From positions 155,620,001 through 155,684,000 of the forward strand of contig NC_042999.1 in the NCBI RefSeq assembly GCF_006345805.1: 64,000 nucleotides of DNA, read 5' to 3'. The notes below the pieces were generated by a model. It had not been told where the DNA came from. It did no database searches and saw only the letters and a list, made by a program, of their open reading frames with translations. A program made the position numbers and the translations under genes. Positions 37,577 to 50,085 of the stretch are shown here, in pieces. The DNA is from Octopus sinensis (taxonomy: Eukaryota). The number at the start of each line of letters is the position of its first letter. Position 1 is the first letter of the stretch.

Positions 37577-38560
37577 ATATGAGTAAGGAGAGAGAGAAAA
37601 CCTATCCAACCCATGCTAGCAAAGAAAACCACAAGAAACAATCATAATGGCAGGCACATATACGAAATGACACACACACAATGTTTATGTTCAAAAACAT
37701 AAAAATGAGGAGAGAACACTTGGTGAGATTTTATTTGAAACATATGTCTTTTATTGAATCAACCTTTAAATGAATAAATCTCAGCCACAGCAGCAGTGTT
37801 TCTAAGATATTTACTATTACGAAAAAAAAAATAACAAAACATAAAACTGTAGTCTTGTTGTTATGGATGTTTTGGTGAACTGAACATTATTTGCTGATGG
37901 AAGAAACATGATTAGTTTTGGGTGTTAAGAAACGGCTTTGGTTTGTAATGGAAAGAGTGGGCAAAAGCTGTATTTTGTGGCCTCCAAAAAAAGGCCAACA
38001 GTTTTCAAAATTATAATTGATTTTTAATAGTTATCAGTAATCATAGTATTAGTAATTTGTAGAAAGGTAGGGGTGAAGAAAACCCAAGAGAAGTTAGATT
38101 TATAATAAATCGAATATAACTTATTTTGAGTGAAATTTTTTTTTTTTTCTGTGATCTATATGGAGGGTAAAAAAGCCCCAAAAGACTTTAATTAGATTAG
38201 TTAGAGTATGGTGTGTTTTGATAGAAGGTATACTGGCCCTGTTAATGATAAATAAATAGCCTCTGAACATAATAATGGTTTATAAATAGGGGTAAAGTTA
38301 ATTTGGAGGGAAGTTTTTATCGCATTTTAGCTTTTCTGTTTCGCTTCTGAACTAATTAATTTAATTAGAAAGCTGTCTTCAGTTTTGATGAAGACATCCA
38401 CATCACTTTCAGGAGTACAATGGATTTGTAAATAGAAATATTTTAAAGTTTCAAATCTCTGCAGGCAATGAAGATGATGTCATCTCCTTCAAATAACAAC
38501 TGGCTCATTCTTTATTGTAACAACAGCGCTGCTGCCAACAAGCTATATTGAACCCTGTAT

Positions 38561-38805
38561 CTAGAAGTTTGCTTCTTTCTTATCAAGCGTGACAAGTCCT
38601 CCCTCCATCCACCTCTCACAAAAAGTAAATTCCTGAAACACGAATTCGAAATATGGTGGTAAATTTTTTTTTTTTTTTTAAATAAATTTAATTGAAACCC
38701 AGGAACAAACTAAACGGTGCTGTTTGGATTGCCAGAGAAGATTGAATGATCAACGTACCTTCTCTCGTTCATTCTTGTGAGAATTGTGGATAGAATATTT
38801 AAGTA
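38561..38805 (-). CDS. Possible alternative terminal exon pair (38759-38805 and 38561-38632) of the MPRIP-like gene
   Basis: GT/AG-bounded segments that stay open when spliced from the phase-1 donor at 42101: VLKYSIHNSHKNEREK|EFTFCERWMEGGLVTLDKKEANF*. No homology recognised. Confidence 0.3.
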
Positions 38806-41227
38806 CTTCAAAAACAGTATTTATGATAGATTACTGTTCATAGTAGTGGTTTCAAATTTTGGTATAAAACCAGTAGTTTTGAGAGGAACGGGGTGAGTTG
38901 ATTACCTTGACCCCCAGCGCTCATCTGGATACTTCATTTTATTGAACCCTTGAATGATGACAGGTAAAGTCAACCTTCGTGCCATTTGAACTTGGAACAT
39001 GAAGAGCTACTAAACATTTTGTCTTTACGTTCTGAGTTCAAATTCCACTGAGGTTGATTTTTGCCTTTCATTCTTTCGGGGTCAACAAAAGAAGTAGCAA
39101 TTGGGTCTTGGAGTTGATGGAATTATTTTCCCCGCACTCCACAAACTTGCTGGCTTCATGCCAGATTTTGAAAGCAATAATAAATATTACAATAACCCCA
39201 CTCCCTCTACTGACTGCCACAGATACTTAGATACGAAAACAATTCCTGGCAGCTCAAGAGAAAAGCTTTACCAATTCAACCAAAGAACAAAATACTGAGT
39301 AGTGTCATCATTTTAATTCCTTTTAAAGCTAAAAACTAACATTTTTAACAAATATTAAAGTCATTAAAAATTGACAAACACTTGGAACATACAATAAGGT
39401 TTGCTTTTCTTTGTTCCTCTTTGTAAATTTGATGAAGTACTTCTATAACAGTTGGTGTAGGAGATATAAAGATCAACTTATGCAATGTTCTTCAAGGGTT
39501 TTATCACTTGTTTCTGAGAGACAGCTTCCTTAGTGACATAGACCAGTTGTTAGCTATCTAGTCTACAAGAAAGAATAGACTAAGATGCTATTATGTAGCT
39601 ACATGTGCAAATGTGGCCTCTGCCCCAGATCTCGGTCAGTGACTGACTAAACCTTCACCTCATTAACAAAGGTTCAGTCCTTCAGCATATAATCTGGCCC
39701 AAATATTTCACTTGTTTTATGTCCAATATAGGCCAGATCCAATCTTTCACACCTACCCTACATTGTCATTCTAAAAATAAGCATTCATATCAAAATCTCG
39801 AAGCTACGAGATAATACACGATTAATTCAAACAATGCATTTGGGTGAGTAATCTGAATGCTAAAGGGTTTTAGAGAAAGTCGCAGATCTAAGAAGATAAT
39901 AGAAACAAAATAATCGCCAAAAGCTGCTGTAATCCTCCAGGAGAACCTATGTAGTTTTGAATTTACTGCATTAAAAAATACAATTGGGAAAGAGAGATTT
40001 ATTGGTTAATGGCAAGATTTTAAGCTTTGTTTCATATTTAGATGTTTCTTTCGGGGGAGAGGGCCCATATGCAAAATCTTGTCTTGACAAAGGTGTTTTA
40101 CTTGACATTTTTGAAGGAAGTTGGGACCCCTTCCCCTCTTGCTGAAGCAAGAATCTTTAAAATATGGCTATTTTCCTATGCAATCCACACAATATTGCTT
40201 AACTTTAACACTCCTGCTTAAGTTGGAACAAAATATGTTTCTGATAATAATTGTCTTTTGTATACCAAAGGAGAGAAATGAAAGGCGAGTGTGTATGTGT
40301 GTGTGTGTATATATATATATTTGATTTTTAGCTTGGTCATTTCTGTAATAAATTATAAATCCCATTCTCTCTGTCTGTGTGTCTGTAAGTAAATGGTCAG
40401 CAGCAACATTACCTCCACACTCCATCCTGCTCCCTGCCCCTTCAAGAAACCTAGAAAGGTGCTGTAGCTTACTTATGGTCAGGTCCTCCTCATTTTCCTC
40501 CAGTATGACAGAATTTTAAATAATGGGATCCTGTTAGTGTTAGTAGCCGCCATGCACACACACGCACATACATACACACATTTACACAAACATATATATG
40601 CATGTATATATATACACATACTCACACTCACATACATACCATATAGATAGTATATGCATATATATATATGTGTGTGTTTATTTTTTTGGTGTAGGAATTG
40701 ATTGATTGAAACCAAAAGAAGATCTGAGGACAGCAGCTCTAACACAACCAGGCAGCAATGTCACGGATGGGCAGGAAGTGTGTGTGGGGGGGACTGGGTG
40801 TTTGTGTGTATGTATCTCCAACATTGGCACCAATTAGATTGCCTTGTTAATTTCTTAGGCTTTCAAGAATTGCCGCCAAGAAATAAAACCAAGAATTTAC
40901 ATTACGAGTATGTTTTTTTTCTTTCACTGCATCCAAAAATTCCAAAGGAAATTCACAGAGATCTCGAAGTTTTACATCTCTTAAAAAATATGTTTTTCTT
41001 TTTTTTCTTTCTTTCTTTTATATTTATAAATAAAATATTTGTCTTTGTGTTCAAATAGAGTTTGGATATTCAACATCATCATCATCATCATTCCCATTTT
41101 GATAAATTAATTATTCGCAGTCCGTCCAGTTTCGTGCCCCTTGTGTTGGCAGCTTCAGAAATTGGTGGAATGTTTTTTCAGAATGATGAGCTTAGGCTCA
41201 AAGCAAAGACCAGCAACTGTAGCGTTG

Positions 41228-41355
41228 TCACCTTCGGCTGCTCGATACCGTGGAACTAAAGCTTTCTTTATTGCTCAACAAACTTTTCTCTCCAAGTAAC
41301 TGCTTTGAACCAAATACAAATGGTAATGAAGGACTGCTCTTTGAGCGGCGAATAT
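41228..41355 (-). CDS. MPRIP: MPRIP-like terminal coding exon: DIRRSKSSPSLPFVFGSKQLLGEKSLLSNKESFSSTVSSSRR*
   Basis: Acceptor TTTTTTTCTAG|, phase 1, stop TGA at 41228-41230. DIRRSKSSPS corresponds to the MPRIP DIMKSKSNPD motif. Confidence 0.85.
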
Positions 41356-41556
41356 CTAGAAAAAAAATAAATAAATAAAATGAACCAACAATGTATTAAT
41401 TAGCTACTAAATAAAAACAAAACTGGTCGAGTCTATTATATATCTATACACACACACACACACACAAAAAACTTAATTTTGGACAGAGTTACCAAAGGTT
41501 CTGTAGTCTGACAAGCTGTCCATGAGGCTTTGTGGATACAAAACCTTTAGTAACTA

Positions 41557-41915
41557 TACTCTCTTTTACTTGTTTCTGTCATTTTGACTGCGGCCATGCT
41601 GGAGCACCGCCTTTAGTTGAGCAAATCGACCCCAGGACTTACTCTTTGTAAGCCTAGTACTTATTCTATTGGTCTCTTTTGCCAAACCACTAAGTTACAG
41701 GGATGTAAACACCAGCATCGGTTGTCAAGCAATGTTGAGGACACACACATACATGATGGGCTTCTTTCAGTTTCCGTCTACCAAATCCACTCACAAGGCT
41801 TTGGTCGTCCTGAGGCTATAGTAGAAGACACTTGCCCAAGATACCACGCAGTGGGACTGAACCCGGAACCATGTGGTTGGTAAGCAAGATACTTACCACA
41901 CAGCCACTCCTATAC
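41557..41915 (-). mobile_element. SINE family A, full length (last MPRIP intron)
   Basis: Colinear with 23351-23741. Confidence 0.85.
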
Positions 41916-42100
41916 CTATGTCCAAAATTAAAATTTTCATTGTAATAATCACTGCTCTATTCTTTAGAGTGTGTTTTTTTTCTGATGTTTTATTAATTAA
42001 CTATATATACATATAGATACAGTTTGTTTTTATCAAGTTAGGGATAAAAACAAACATACCTTTATACTGATATTGCAATGCCTTAAATCTAAACACATAC

Positions 42101-42214
42101 CTTTGTACTGATATCGCCTCCCTTTGTGGCTGTCTCGGCTGATATGTTCCTCTTTCCTCTGGCTCGTATAATGACTAGGGCTTGGACTCCTGGCACGGTG
42201 GTGGAATGAAGGAA
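42101..42214 (-). CDS. MPRIP: MPRIP-like exon: VPSFHHRARSPSPSHYTSQRKEEHISRDSHKGRRYQYK
   Basis: Acceptor CAACATTGCAG|, donor AAAG|GTATGT, 114 nt, phase 1-1, open. Confidence 0.75.
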
Positions 42215-44006
42215 CTGCAATGTTGAAATTATAGAAATTATTATTAAAGAAATGCCTCACCCGTTGCTGCAGCTGCATTCAACATCTTACAGGAAAAGTG
42301 ACAAATGAGACAATTATTTTTAGCTGAATAGACTAGAATTATGTGAACTGGATGCCTTGTTGAAGACATGCTTGATTTATGGCAGATTATATGGCGTATA
42401 ATTTCCCTAAATAAAAACACATGCTACAAGCTTCTTTCTTATTTTCCTGATCTGATAGAATCAGACTCCTCTTCCCCCAATTTAGGAGACCACCATTTAT
42501 ATTTCCCCAGTTCCTGTTGTGCTGTTAACTGTCTGGCAAAAGAGATAACTATCTATCTATAAAATCCCGTACAGCAGGGGGTGGGGAAACCCCCGCCCAC
42601 GAGCCCATTTTATTGCATCCACAGGCTGGTATACTTGTATGTACAAAATATAATAAATTTTTCAATTATAAAATTTATGCAATATTTTATAAATAGGCGA
42701 CCTATGTTGCCTATTTGCGACATAGGTCACGTTTCCACTACGACTTAAGACAGTTAGACTACCATTTGAATGGAAATTGTTTTCACTATAAAATGCATAT
42801 TGCTAGGTTTGTACCACCCCCTTGAGACCCAGCTACACTAGCTGAAAAATATAGAATACCTCATAAGTAATATAAACATCTTAAATTCACTGGCGACATT
42901 AATGAAGATGTTATGTATTAATTTAACGTCTTAAACTTATCTATGTATAATTCAAGATACATTAATAAAGATATGTATAAAATCATATATCTGTGGAAAA
43001 TCATATTGTCAAATGAGCGTTAGGAAGGGCATCCAGCCGTAAAAACATTGCCAGATCAGACTGGGCCTGGTGCAGCCTTCTGGCTTCCCAGACCCCAGTT
43101 GCACTGTCCAACCCATGCCAGCATGGAAAGCGGACGCTAAACGATGATGATGATGATATATACAAGATTTACACAGATATAAGAGAACTTGTGATCCACC
43201 TGTGGATCATTTTCTTTGGAAATTTTTGTCTGCTGCACTAAAAAGTCTCCCCACCTCTGCTGTACAGCATCTCAGAATATTAAAGATGTTCCCATTACAA
43301 CTGGATCACCTTCCTTGGACCAACTACTGAATTTTTTGCAGTTAGAATGGTTCATAGTGTGCAGCAATTGTAACAATATATAACAAGGACATTAAATGAT
43401 GATGACATAAGATTTTGAAAAATCTGTTAATCAGCCTGTAGACTATTTTCACTACTACTACACTTTAAACTAGTCTTTAGGTGCATATACATTCTAGTTT
43501 CTTATTTGTTCACTGCCCACAAGGGGCTACACGCAGAGAGGACAGACACACGGATTAAGTCGATTATATCGACCCTAGTGCGTAACTGGTACTTATTTAA
43601 TCGACCCCGAAAGGATGAAAGGCAAAGTCGATCTTGGCAGAATTTGAACTCAGAGTGTAGCAGCAGATGAAATACGGCTATACATTTTGCCTGGTGTGCT
43701 AACATTTCTGCCAGCTCGCCACCTCTTCTAGGGGGCTTCTAATTTCTACCAACCAAATCCACTCACAAGGATCAGTTTTGACCTTTAGAAAACCCTCAAG
43801 GTGCCTTGCTGTGGGATTGAACCTGAAACTACAGGAAGCAAGCTTCATAGAAACAAGCAGGAAACAAAGAAGCAAGACACAATTCTGTTGGATTCAGTCT
43901 GACTGAGGGACAACAGGTTTCACACTTATGTCACGAACGAATCAAAAACAATTACAAATGTAGGAGTGTAAAAAAATAAAATAAAAAGGAGAAAGTTTTT
44001 TTTTAC

Positions 44007-44166
44007 CTCTTCGAACAGGTTGCTGTCGTCTTTGAAGGCTGCTTTGGTCAGGTTTGGCTTCTTCCATGGCCTTTTCTAATTTAGCTTTAAGGCATATGTT
44101 CTCATCTTGGACTACATTGTACAGTTTCTTACTTGTCAGATACTGTGATATCATCTGCTTGTGCTC
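44007..44166 (-). CDS. MPRIP: MPRIP-like exon: EHKQMISQYLTSKKLYNVVQDENICLKAKLEKAMEEAKPDQSSLQRRQQPVRR
   Basis: Acceptor GATGTGTAG|, donor AGAG|GTAAAA, 160 nt, phase 0-1. Coiled coil in the position of DKKYASDKYKDIYTEL...RLKEQLKAA. Confidence 0.85.
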
Positions 44167-44371
44167 CTACACATCAACGGGAAACAACAGTTGAAAATGT
44201 TACCAACTAAACACTTGTAAATCTCTTAGCATAACACAAAGAAATATCACAACTAGTTATAACTAAATGCTTGAATATCTACTGAAACTTTTGAAAGTCA
44301 ATGTCATATAAAGCTTTAAAGATACGTCTACCATAGATGTCCCCTCTAATTTTTTGCTATGGGTCATTATC

Positions 44372-44593
44372 TATTTCTTTACTACCCACAAGGAGGTAAA
44401 CACAGAGGGAACAAACGGATTAAGTCGATTACATCGACTCCCAATGTGCAACTGGTACTTATTTAATCAACCCCGAAAGGATGAAAGGCAAAGTTGACCT
44501 CAGCGGAATTTGAACTCAGAACGTAACGGCAGACGAAATACGGCTACGCATTTTGCCTGGCGTGCTAACGTTTCTGCCAGCTCACCGCCTTCA
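44372..44593 (-). mobile_element. SINE family B with a 16-bp TSD
   Basis: Flanking direct repeat GCTATGGGTCATTATC at 44356-44371 and 44594-44609. Confidence 0.88.
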
Positions 44594-45943
44594 GCTATGG
44601 GTCATTATCATCATTTAACAGTAATTTCCCATGCTGGTATGGGTTGGATGACTTGACAGGATCCAGCAAGCCACAGGGCATGCCAAGCTCCAGTGTCAAC
44701 CTTGGCATGGTTTCTGTGGCTGGATGCCCTTCCTAACACCAAACATTTCACAGTATGGACTGGGTGCTTGTTTCATGCCACTGGCAACAGTGTGGTTGCT
44801 AAGTAACTCACAGGCCAAAAAAGGGAAAAAGTGCTTATTTTAGTTTTCTTTGCAAAGTATGTGCATATCCACAAGACTAAACACCACTGTAATTTCTTCA
44901 GTTTAAAAACAAAAATCCAGTTTCATCTCAAAACACATGCATAAGCACAAAGCTAGGAGAACACTACTGTACATTACTTGATCAAGTTGATACACACAGT
45001 CCCCACACAGCTTGATAAATATCTCTCAATGTGTATTGTATAACAACCAACATTTGATGTTGCCAGGGGGTTTATAAACTGACTGTTGTGCTCCTTAGAT
45101 AATTCTGTATGTGAATTATTTTACGATTGCAGTTATGTTTACTATCCATCATTTCATCATTTGGATTCTGTTACTTACATTGATGTCATCAACATTTGCT
45201 AAAGCTATCATTATTACCACTATGACTTTATCTAGTATCAGTCTTTGTTAAGAGTAATCGTCATCTAACCTCAGTCTTTCATTAAAACTACTCTTATTAC
45301 GTCATCTAATTAAAATATAGGTGAGTAACTGAATGGGTAAGAAGTTAGCTTCACAACCACAAGGACCCTAGCTTGATCCTGCTGTGTAACGGGAATTTTG
45401 TATAACAACTTAACCCATAAAGTTTTGAGTGAAATTGAGATGGAAACTTTATAGAAGCCCATTGGGTCTATTCTATCTCTGATCCAAATAGTATAGATTT
45501 GTCACACAATCAAACTACCATGTTGATTCTGTTCAAGAATTACATTAACCCTTTAGCTTTCAGGATAATCTGCCAAATGTAATGTTTATTTATTCACATC
45601 GTTTTGAACTGATCATGTATTATCTCATAGCTTTGAGATTTCAATGATGTGATTGTTTATTTTAAGAATGACATTGTATGGTAGGTGTGACATGTTGGAA
45701 TTGGCCAGTTTGATTATGAAAGAGGCAGAATATTTTGGACGGATATAGCCTGTTTAAAGGGTTTAAAAAGTGAAGGGTACACGTGTTTGGAGTACTCGGC
45801 CACTTAACACACTAAATTCAATGAGTGGAGAATTTTCTTGATACAACTGCATCTTCATTGTTGAAAGTGATGGAGAATCTGTCATCATACATTATATTTA
45901 CCTTGTTAATTAAATGAAATATAAAAGTGACATTTAAGCCTAC

Positions 45944-46030
45944 CTCTGTGATTCTCTGAAGTTTTACCTCCCCCGTTGTCACCTGAGACTTTAGTTTCTG
46001 GAGATCTGCATCTTTCATTCGGATCATTAT
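45944..46030 (-). CDS. MPRIP: MPRIP-like exon: IMIRMKDADLQKLKSQVTTGEVKLQRITE
   Basis: Acceptor TTCTCATTTTAG|, donor GAG|GTAGGC, 87 nt, phase 0-0. Corresponds to VLLRVKESEIQYLKQEISSLKDELQ. Confidence 0.9.
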
Positions 46031-46640
46031 CTAAAATGAGAAATGAAAAATAACGATTATTTGATATTTGCAAAATTTACAAAAGGTCGTAGGCAGGCTG
46101 GAACTCACGGCCTTTGTGTTTTATGTATGCAAGATGTGTAGCAAAATAGCTTCAATATATGAACAACACCTGTTCCTAGTCCCACTCAACACACTAGCCA
46201 TGTCTGTCTGTGTGTATTTGATTCTCAAACCAATTTTGGAAAAAAGTAAATAATGGCCACCTCTTTGGATACTTTGGCATGCATCATCATTTCATATCTG
46301 CTTTCCATGCTGGCATGGGTTGGACGGGTTGACAGGAGCTGGCAAATCAGAAGACTGCAGCAAACCCTGCCTGTCTACTCTGGCAGGTTTTCTATGGTGG
46401 GATGCCCACTTTACAGAGTGTACTGGGTGCTTTTATGTGGTGCCAGTATGGCTACTTTTTACATGGAATAAAGTCATACTGGAATGGTTTGCATAATTTA
46501 GCAGGAGCTGGTGGAGCCAGAGGACTGTGCAATGCTCTCTCATCATCTGCTTTGACATAGGTGCTGACTGTACGTTCTTCATAACATCAATTCATGTTAA
46601 AATATACAATGTTGGTCCTCAGAAGAAAAATAAAAATAAT

Positions 46641-46894
46641 AAATGCACCCTTTTTAAAGCTTAGCCAGGCTCATGGGGCCCAGTTTCCTGGTTTCTATGG
46701 CATATGTGTTCCCCAGCTGGATGGGGCGCCAGTCCATTGCAGTGTTACTCATTTTTGCCAGCTGAGTGGACTGGAGCAATGTGAAATGAAGTGTTTTGCT
46801 CATGAACACCAATGCGTCGCCTGGTCCAGGAATCGAAACCACAATCTTACGATCATGATGCTGACACCCTAACCACTAAGCCATGCGCCTCCAC
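46641..46894 (-). mobile_element. SINE family C
   Basis: tRNA-like head GGAGGCGCATGGCTTAGTGGTTAGGGTG..GGTTTCGATTCC and core GCTCCAGTCCACTCAGCTGGCAAAAATGAGTA. Near-identical copy at 36120-36357 (-) and a degraded copy at 54500-54705. Confidence 0.85.
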
Positions 46895-47139
46895 CCTCAG
46901 AAGAAAATATACTCAAAATATCTTTTAATCATATACACCATTTTGAATAATTATTCAAGTTTTGTCAGTGAATAGGTCATGGTTGCAAAGCGAGAAAATA
47001 TTTTGACACAAATTAAACTTAAATGTTGAAGTGAAACTAACGGTTTTCGTGTCTTCTTAAATGGCTTATAAACATCTTCCACACTGTAGTTGGATAATTA
47101 TTGTTGAATTATTAATGGGGAAAAAAGGTAGCCACGTAC

Positions 47140-47266
47140 CTGAGCCTCATATAGATCTTCTTCAAGAGAAGAACTTCCAGCAGGGAGACCCTTAGGACTT
47201 CGTTTCTTCATCAATTCTTTCAGTTCAGCAATTTCTCCACCCAGTAAGGATTCCAAATGTTTATTA
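47140..47266 (-). CDS. MPRIP: MPRIP-like exon: DNKHLESLLGGEIAELKELMKKRSPKGLPAGSSSLEEDLYEAQ
   Basis: Acceptor TTTCCCATTTCAG|, donor CAG|GTACGT, 127 nt, phase 2-0. Corresponds to NQELNNRLAAEITRLR...KDAYELE. Confidence 0.9.
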
Positions 47267-47501
47267 CTGAAATGGGAAACAAAGAGGATATTTATTATGA
47301 GATCACATGACTGGAGATATAAGGGCTTTACATACATAATCCTAATCTGAGTTCACATAATATAGCTGGTACTTTGTTGTTTCGGTATTTGCATGTCACA
47401 GGCGGTCGTAGGTGACCTAGGGTTAAACAGCAACCCCAGCACCTTGGGGCTATGCTACAATCGATCTGGTAAAGGCATTTCACTAAGTCTCTGATGACAG
47501 T

Positions 47502-48006
47502 CTGTAAATCCTCGAGTATAATCTGCACTTTTTTCCAAAAATTTAAAGGTCAAAATCCCTAGTGCGTACTATATACGAGGTTAAAAATGAAAGATATTTT
47601 CTAAGCAATGTCCGAGTCTCTATTTGCTGTCCGGCAATGTTTATTCAGACACATTTTGTGATGTCGGGCGCGAAAATACCTTAAGCTAAGCCTGAAAGCA
47701 ATGAAGTCATAAAAGAATCATCCATAACTTGCAGTAAGCAACATTTATTAAAATAAAAGTATTCAGAACACAGAATAACATGTAACAAAAACAATTTGCA
47801 AACATATTTACATTCCCATATAACAGTTAAGAACATCACCATTATTGTATTATGCATGCACGGAAGTGTTTGTTCGACTAGGTGCTGCTGGTTTAATTAC
47901 GCATGACTCAAGTTAGAGAAGGGGTGTATATTATACACAAGGTTTAGGTTTTTCAGAGGTACAGCCACCTAAAAATCCCCTGCATGTTATACTCGAGGAT
48001 TTACGA
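47502..48006. mobile_element. pogo/Tigger-type MITE
   Basis: Inverted repeats CTGTAAATCCTCGAGTATAA (47502-47521) and TTATACTCGAGGATTTACG (47987-48005), followed by TA. Confidence 0.75.
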
Positions 48007-48115
48007 TATATGTTCTACAAAATGGTGAAAACTGATGCTGGGTATTAAACGCCAACCATCTAAGAAAGAAAATACAAAAATACAAGACAAACAGGAATTC
48101 TATATAATGACTCAC

Positions 48116-48259
48116 TCATTCAGAATTTTCTCAATCTGTTCATATTGGTCTTGCTTGGATTTGGTCAGGCGCTCATCTAACATTTTGTAATCTTCACATT
48201 TACTGACATAATGCAAATTTAATGTTTTTAATTCTTCTTGAAGTCGACTGGCTTCAAAT
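48116..48259 (-). CDS. MPRIP: MPRIP-like exon: EFEASRLQEELKTLNLHYVSKCEDYKMLDERLTKSKQDQYEQIEKILN
   Basis: Acceptor TATTTCAACAG|, donor GA|GTGAGT, 144 nt, phase 2-2. ELKTLNLHYVSKCED corresponds to the family hallmark ELEVLSEQYSQKCLE. Confidence 0.9.
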
Positions 48260-49964
48260 CTGTTGAAATAAATAAACGGATATTCCACATTTTATATAAT
48301 CAGTTCAGAAAATTTCTCGTCAATAATAACAATATAAATAAATAACATCTTATTTATTGTATGGCTGGGAGGCAAATTGGTTGGAATACAAGATTATTAC
48401 ATTGTCACAGACGACCATATTTAAGGGAAAGATACTTTGATAAGGGACGCAACTCTTCTTGACTGAATGACTATCTGCTCGAGTTTGATGAGGCAAGCAG
48501 CGAAAAACCTTATTTGTCATCTTTTATCTCTTGCTTGTTTCAGTCATTAGACTGCGGCCATGCTGAGGCACTGCCCTAAAGAATTTATAGTCCAATGAAT
48601 TGACCCCAGTCCTTTCTTTTTTTTTTTAAACCTGGTACTTATTCTATCAGTCTATTTTGCCATGATGGGCTTCTATCAGTTGCCATCTACCAAATTCATT
48701 TATAAGGCTTTGGTTGGCCTGAGGCTAAAGTGGAAGGCTATTGCCCAAGATGTCATGCATATATATACATACACTTTTCCATGCTTGCATGGATTAGACA
48801 ATTTGTTGGGGAAAACTTTCTATGGTCAGATGCTCTTCCTGTCATCAACCCTTACTTGTTTCTTACAAAAATAGTATTTTCTCTTACACAGACATGTTAT
48901 ATCAGTTTTCAGTGAAGACTGGAAATGAACAACTTTGCCTGTATGGTGGTGATGCTCGTTTACAGTCATCACATGATGCCATAACAAAGAGAGAGACACA
49001 CATCATAATGTCAACACACAAATGATGGGCTCTCAGTTTCTATTTACCAAATCCCCAGAGAAGGCTCTGATCAGCCCAAAGCTTTCATATCAAAAGACAC
49101 TTCCCCAAGGTGCCACACAGTGGGGGTTAAACCCTGCCCTAAATATATATCTTTTTGCAGTAATGGATTTCATCAACAAAAGTTCTTTACTTCACCCACT
49201 GCCACCACCACTGTGTTTTGTCAGTGATGAATAACTTTGTGACCATGAGGTCTGTGGTTCGATCCCACTGCACAGCATCTTGGATCATCTTATGTGAGTG
49301 AAACTGTATACAATCCCGTGAGAGAGATTATACACTTGTATAATCTGTCTTACAGGATTATACATTTGTCACACATTGTCGTGATGATTCTACCAGAGAA
49401 TTACATTGAAGGTTCACGTCTCCGGAATGCTTATATGCTAATTCAATGAACAGGCAATGCAATTGATCGAACAATGGAATACTCATCGTCAAAGACGGAG
49501 ATCCATTACTATATGTAATTGATTGACATAAAAATGATACAAGATGACTGTTGGCGAACGCATGACTTTGTTGAATGCACAATATTGCCTACTAAACAAG
49601 GGAGGTAACTCTGGGTAACTTTTTTTCCATTCTGTTAAAAAATGTGAAATGGCAAATTGCTAGCGTTCAGTTTGTTTTAATTAATCAAATATTAAGTTTA
49701 AATGAAACAGGCTATGAGGGTCATTTTACTGAGAACTTACAATCTCACAACTAATATTCCTTCAAATTTTTTATAGTAATTTGCACTGTGCACTTAATTT
49801 TTGTCTTTCTTCACAAAAGTATATGTGCATCCATGCTAATAGCCATTATTCACTGATTCCATCTTGGAAATCTATGAGCACTTTTTCCCCTCCTGCTCAT
49901 AACTGTGCTCACAACAACTGACTCTAATGTTTTCACTGCGAGTGAAATAACAAACAAAACGTAC

Positions 49965-50085
49965 TCGTGACGGCTGCGTATTTCATTGACGTAGTCTTCT
50001 GTATACATAGTCTTCAGAGCTTCACGGAATTGGTTCTTCTCTCTGTCAAGGTCGTCATCATAAGCTTTACGCATTGATTCAAGAG
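49965..50085 (-). CDS. MPRIP: MPRIP-like exon: ALESMRKAYDDDLDREKNQFREALKTMYTEDYVNEIRSRH
   Basis: Acceptor TTTATTTCAG|, donor GA|GTACGT, 121 nt, phase 1-2. Resembles the MPRIP AIEAMKNAHREEMERE...VEALRRQY segment. Confidence 0.88.

Noticed and set aside
42261-42285. 25-nt mini-exon (DVECSCSN) just upstream of the 42214 exon
   Set aside because: It would leave only a 46-nt intron and causes a frameshift and early stop. The downstream acceptor alone preserves the conserved frame.
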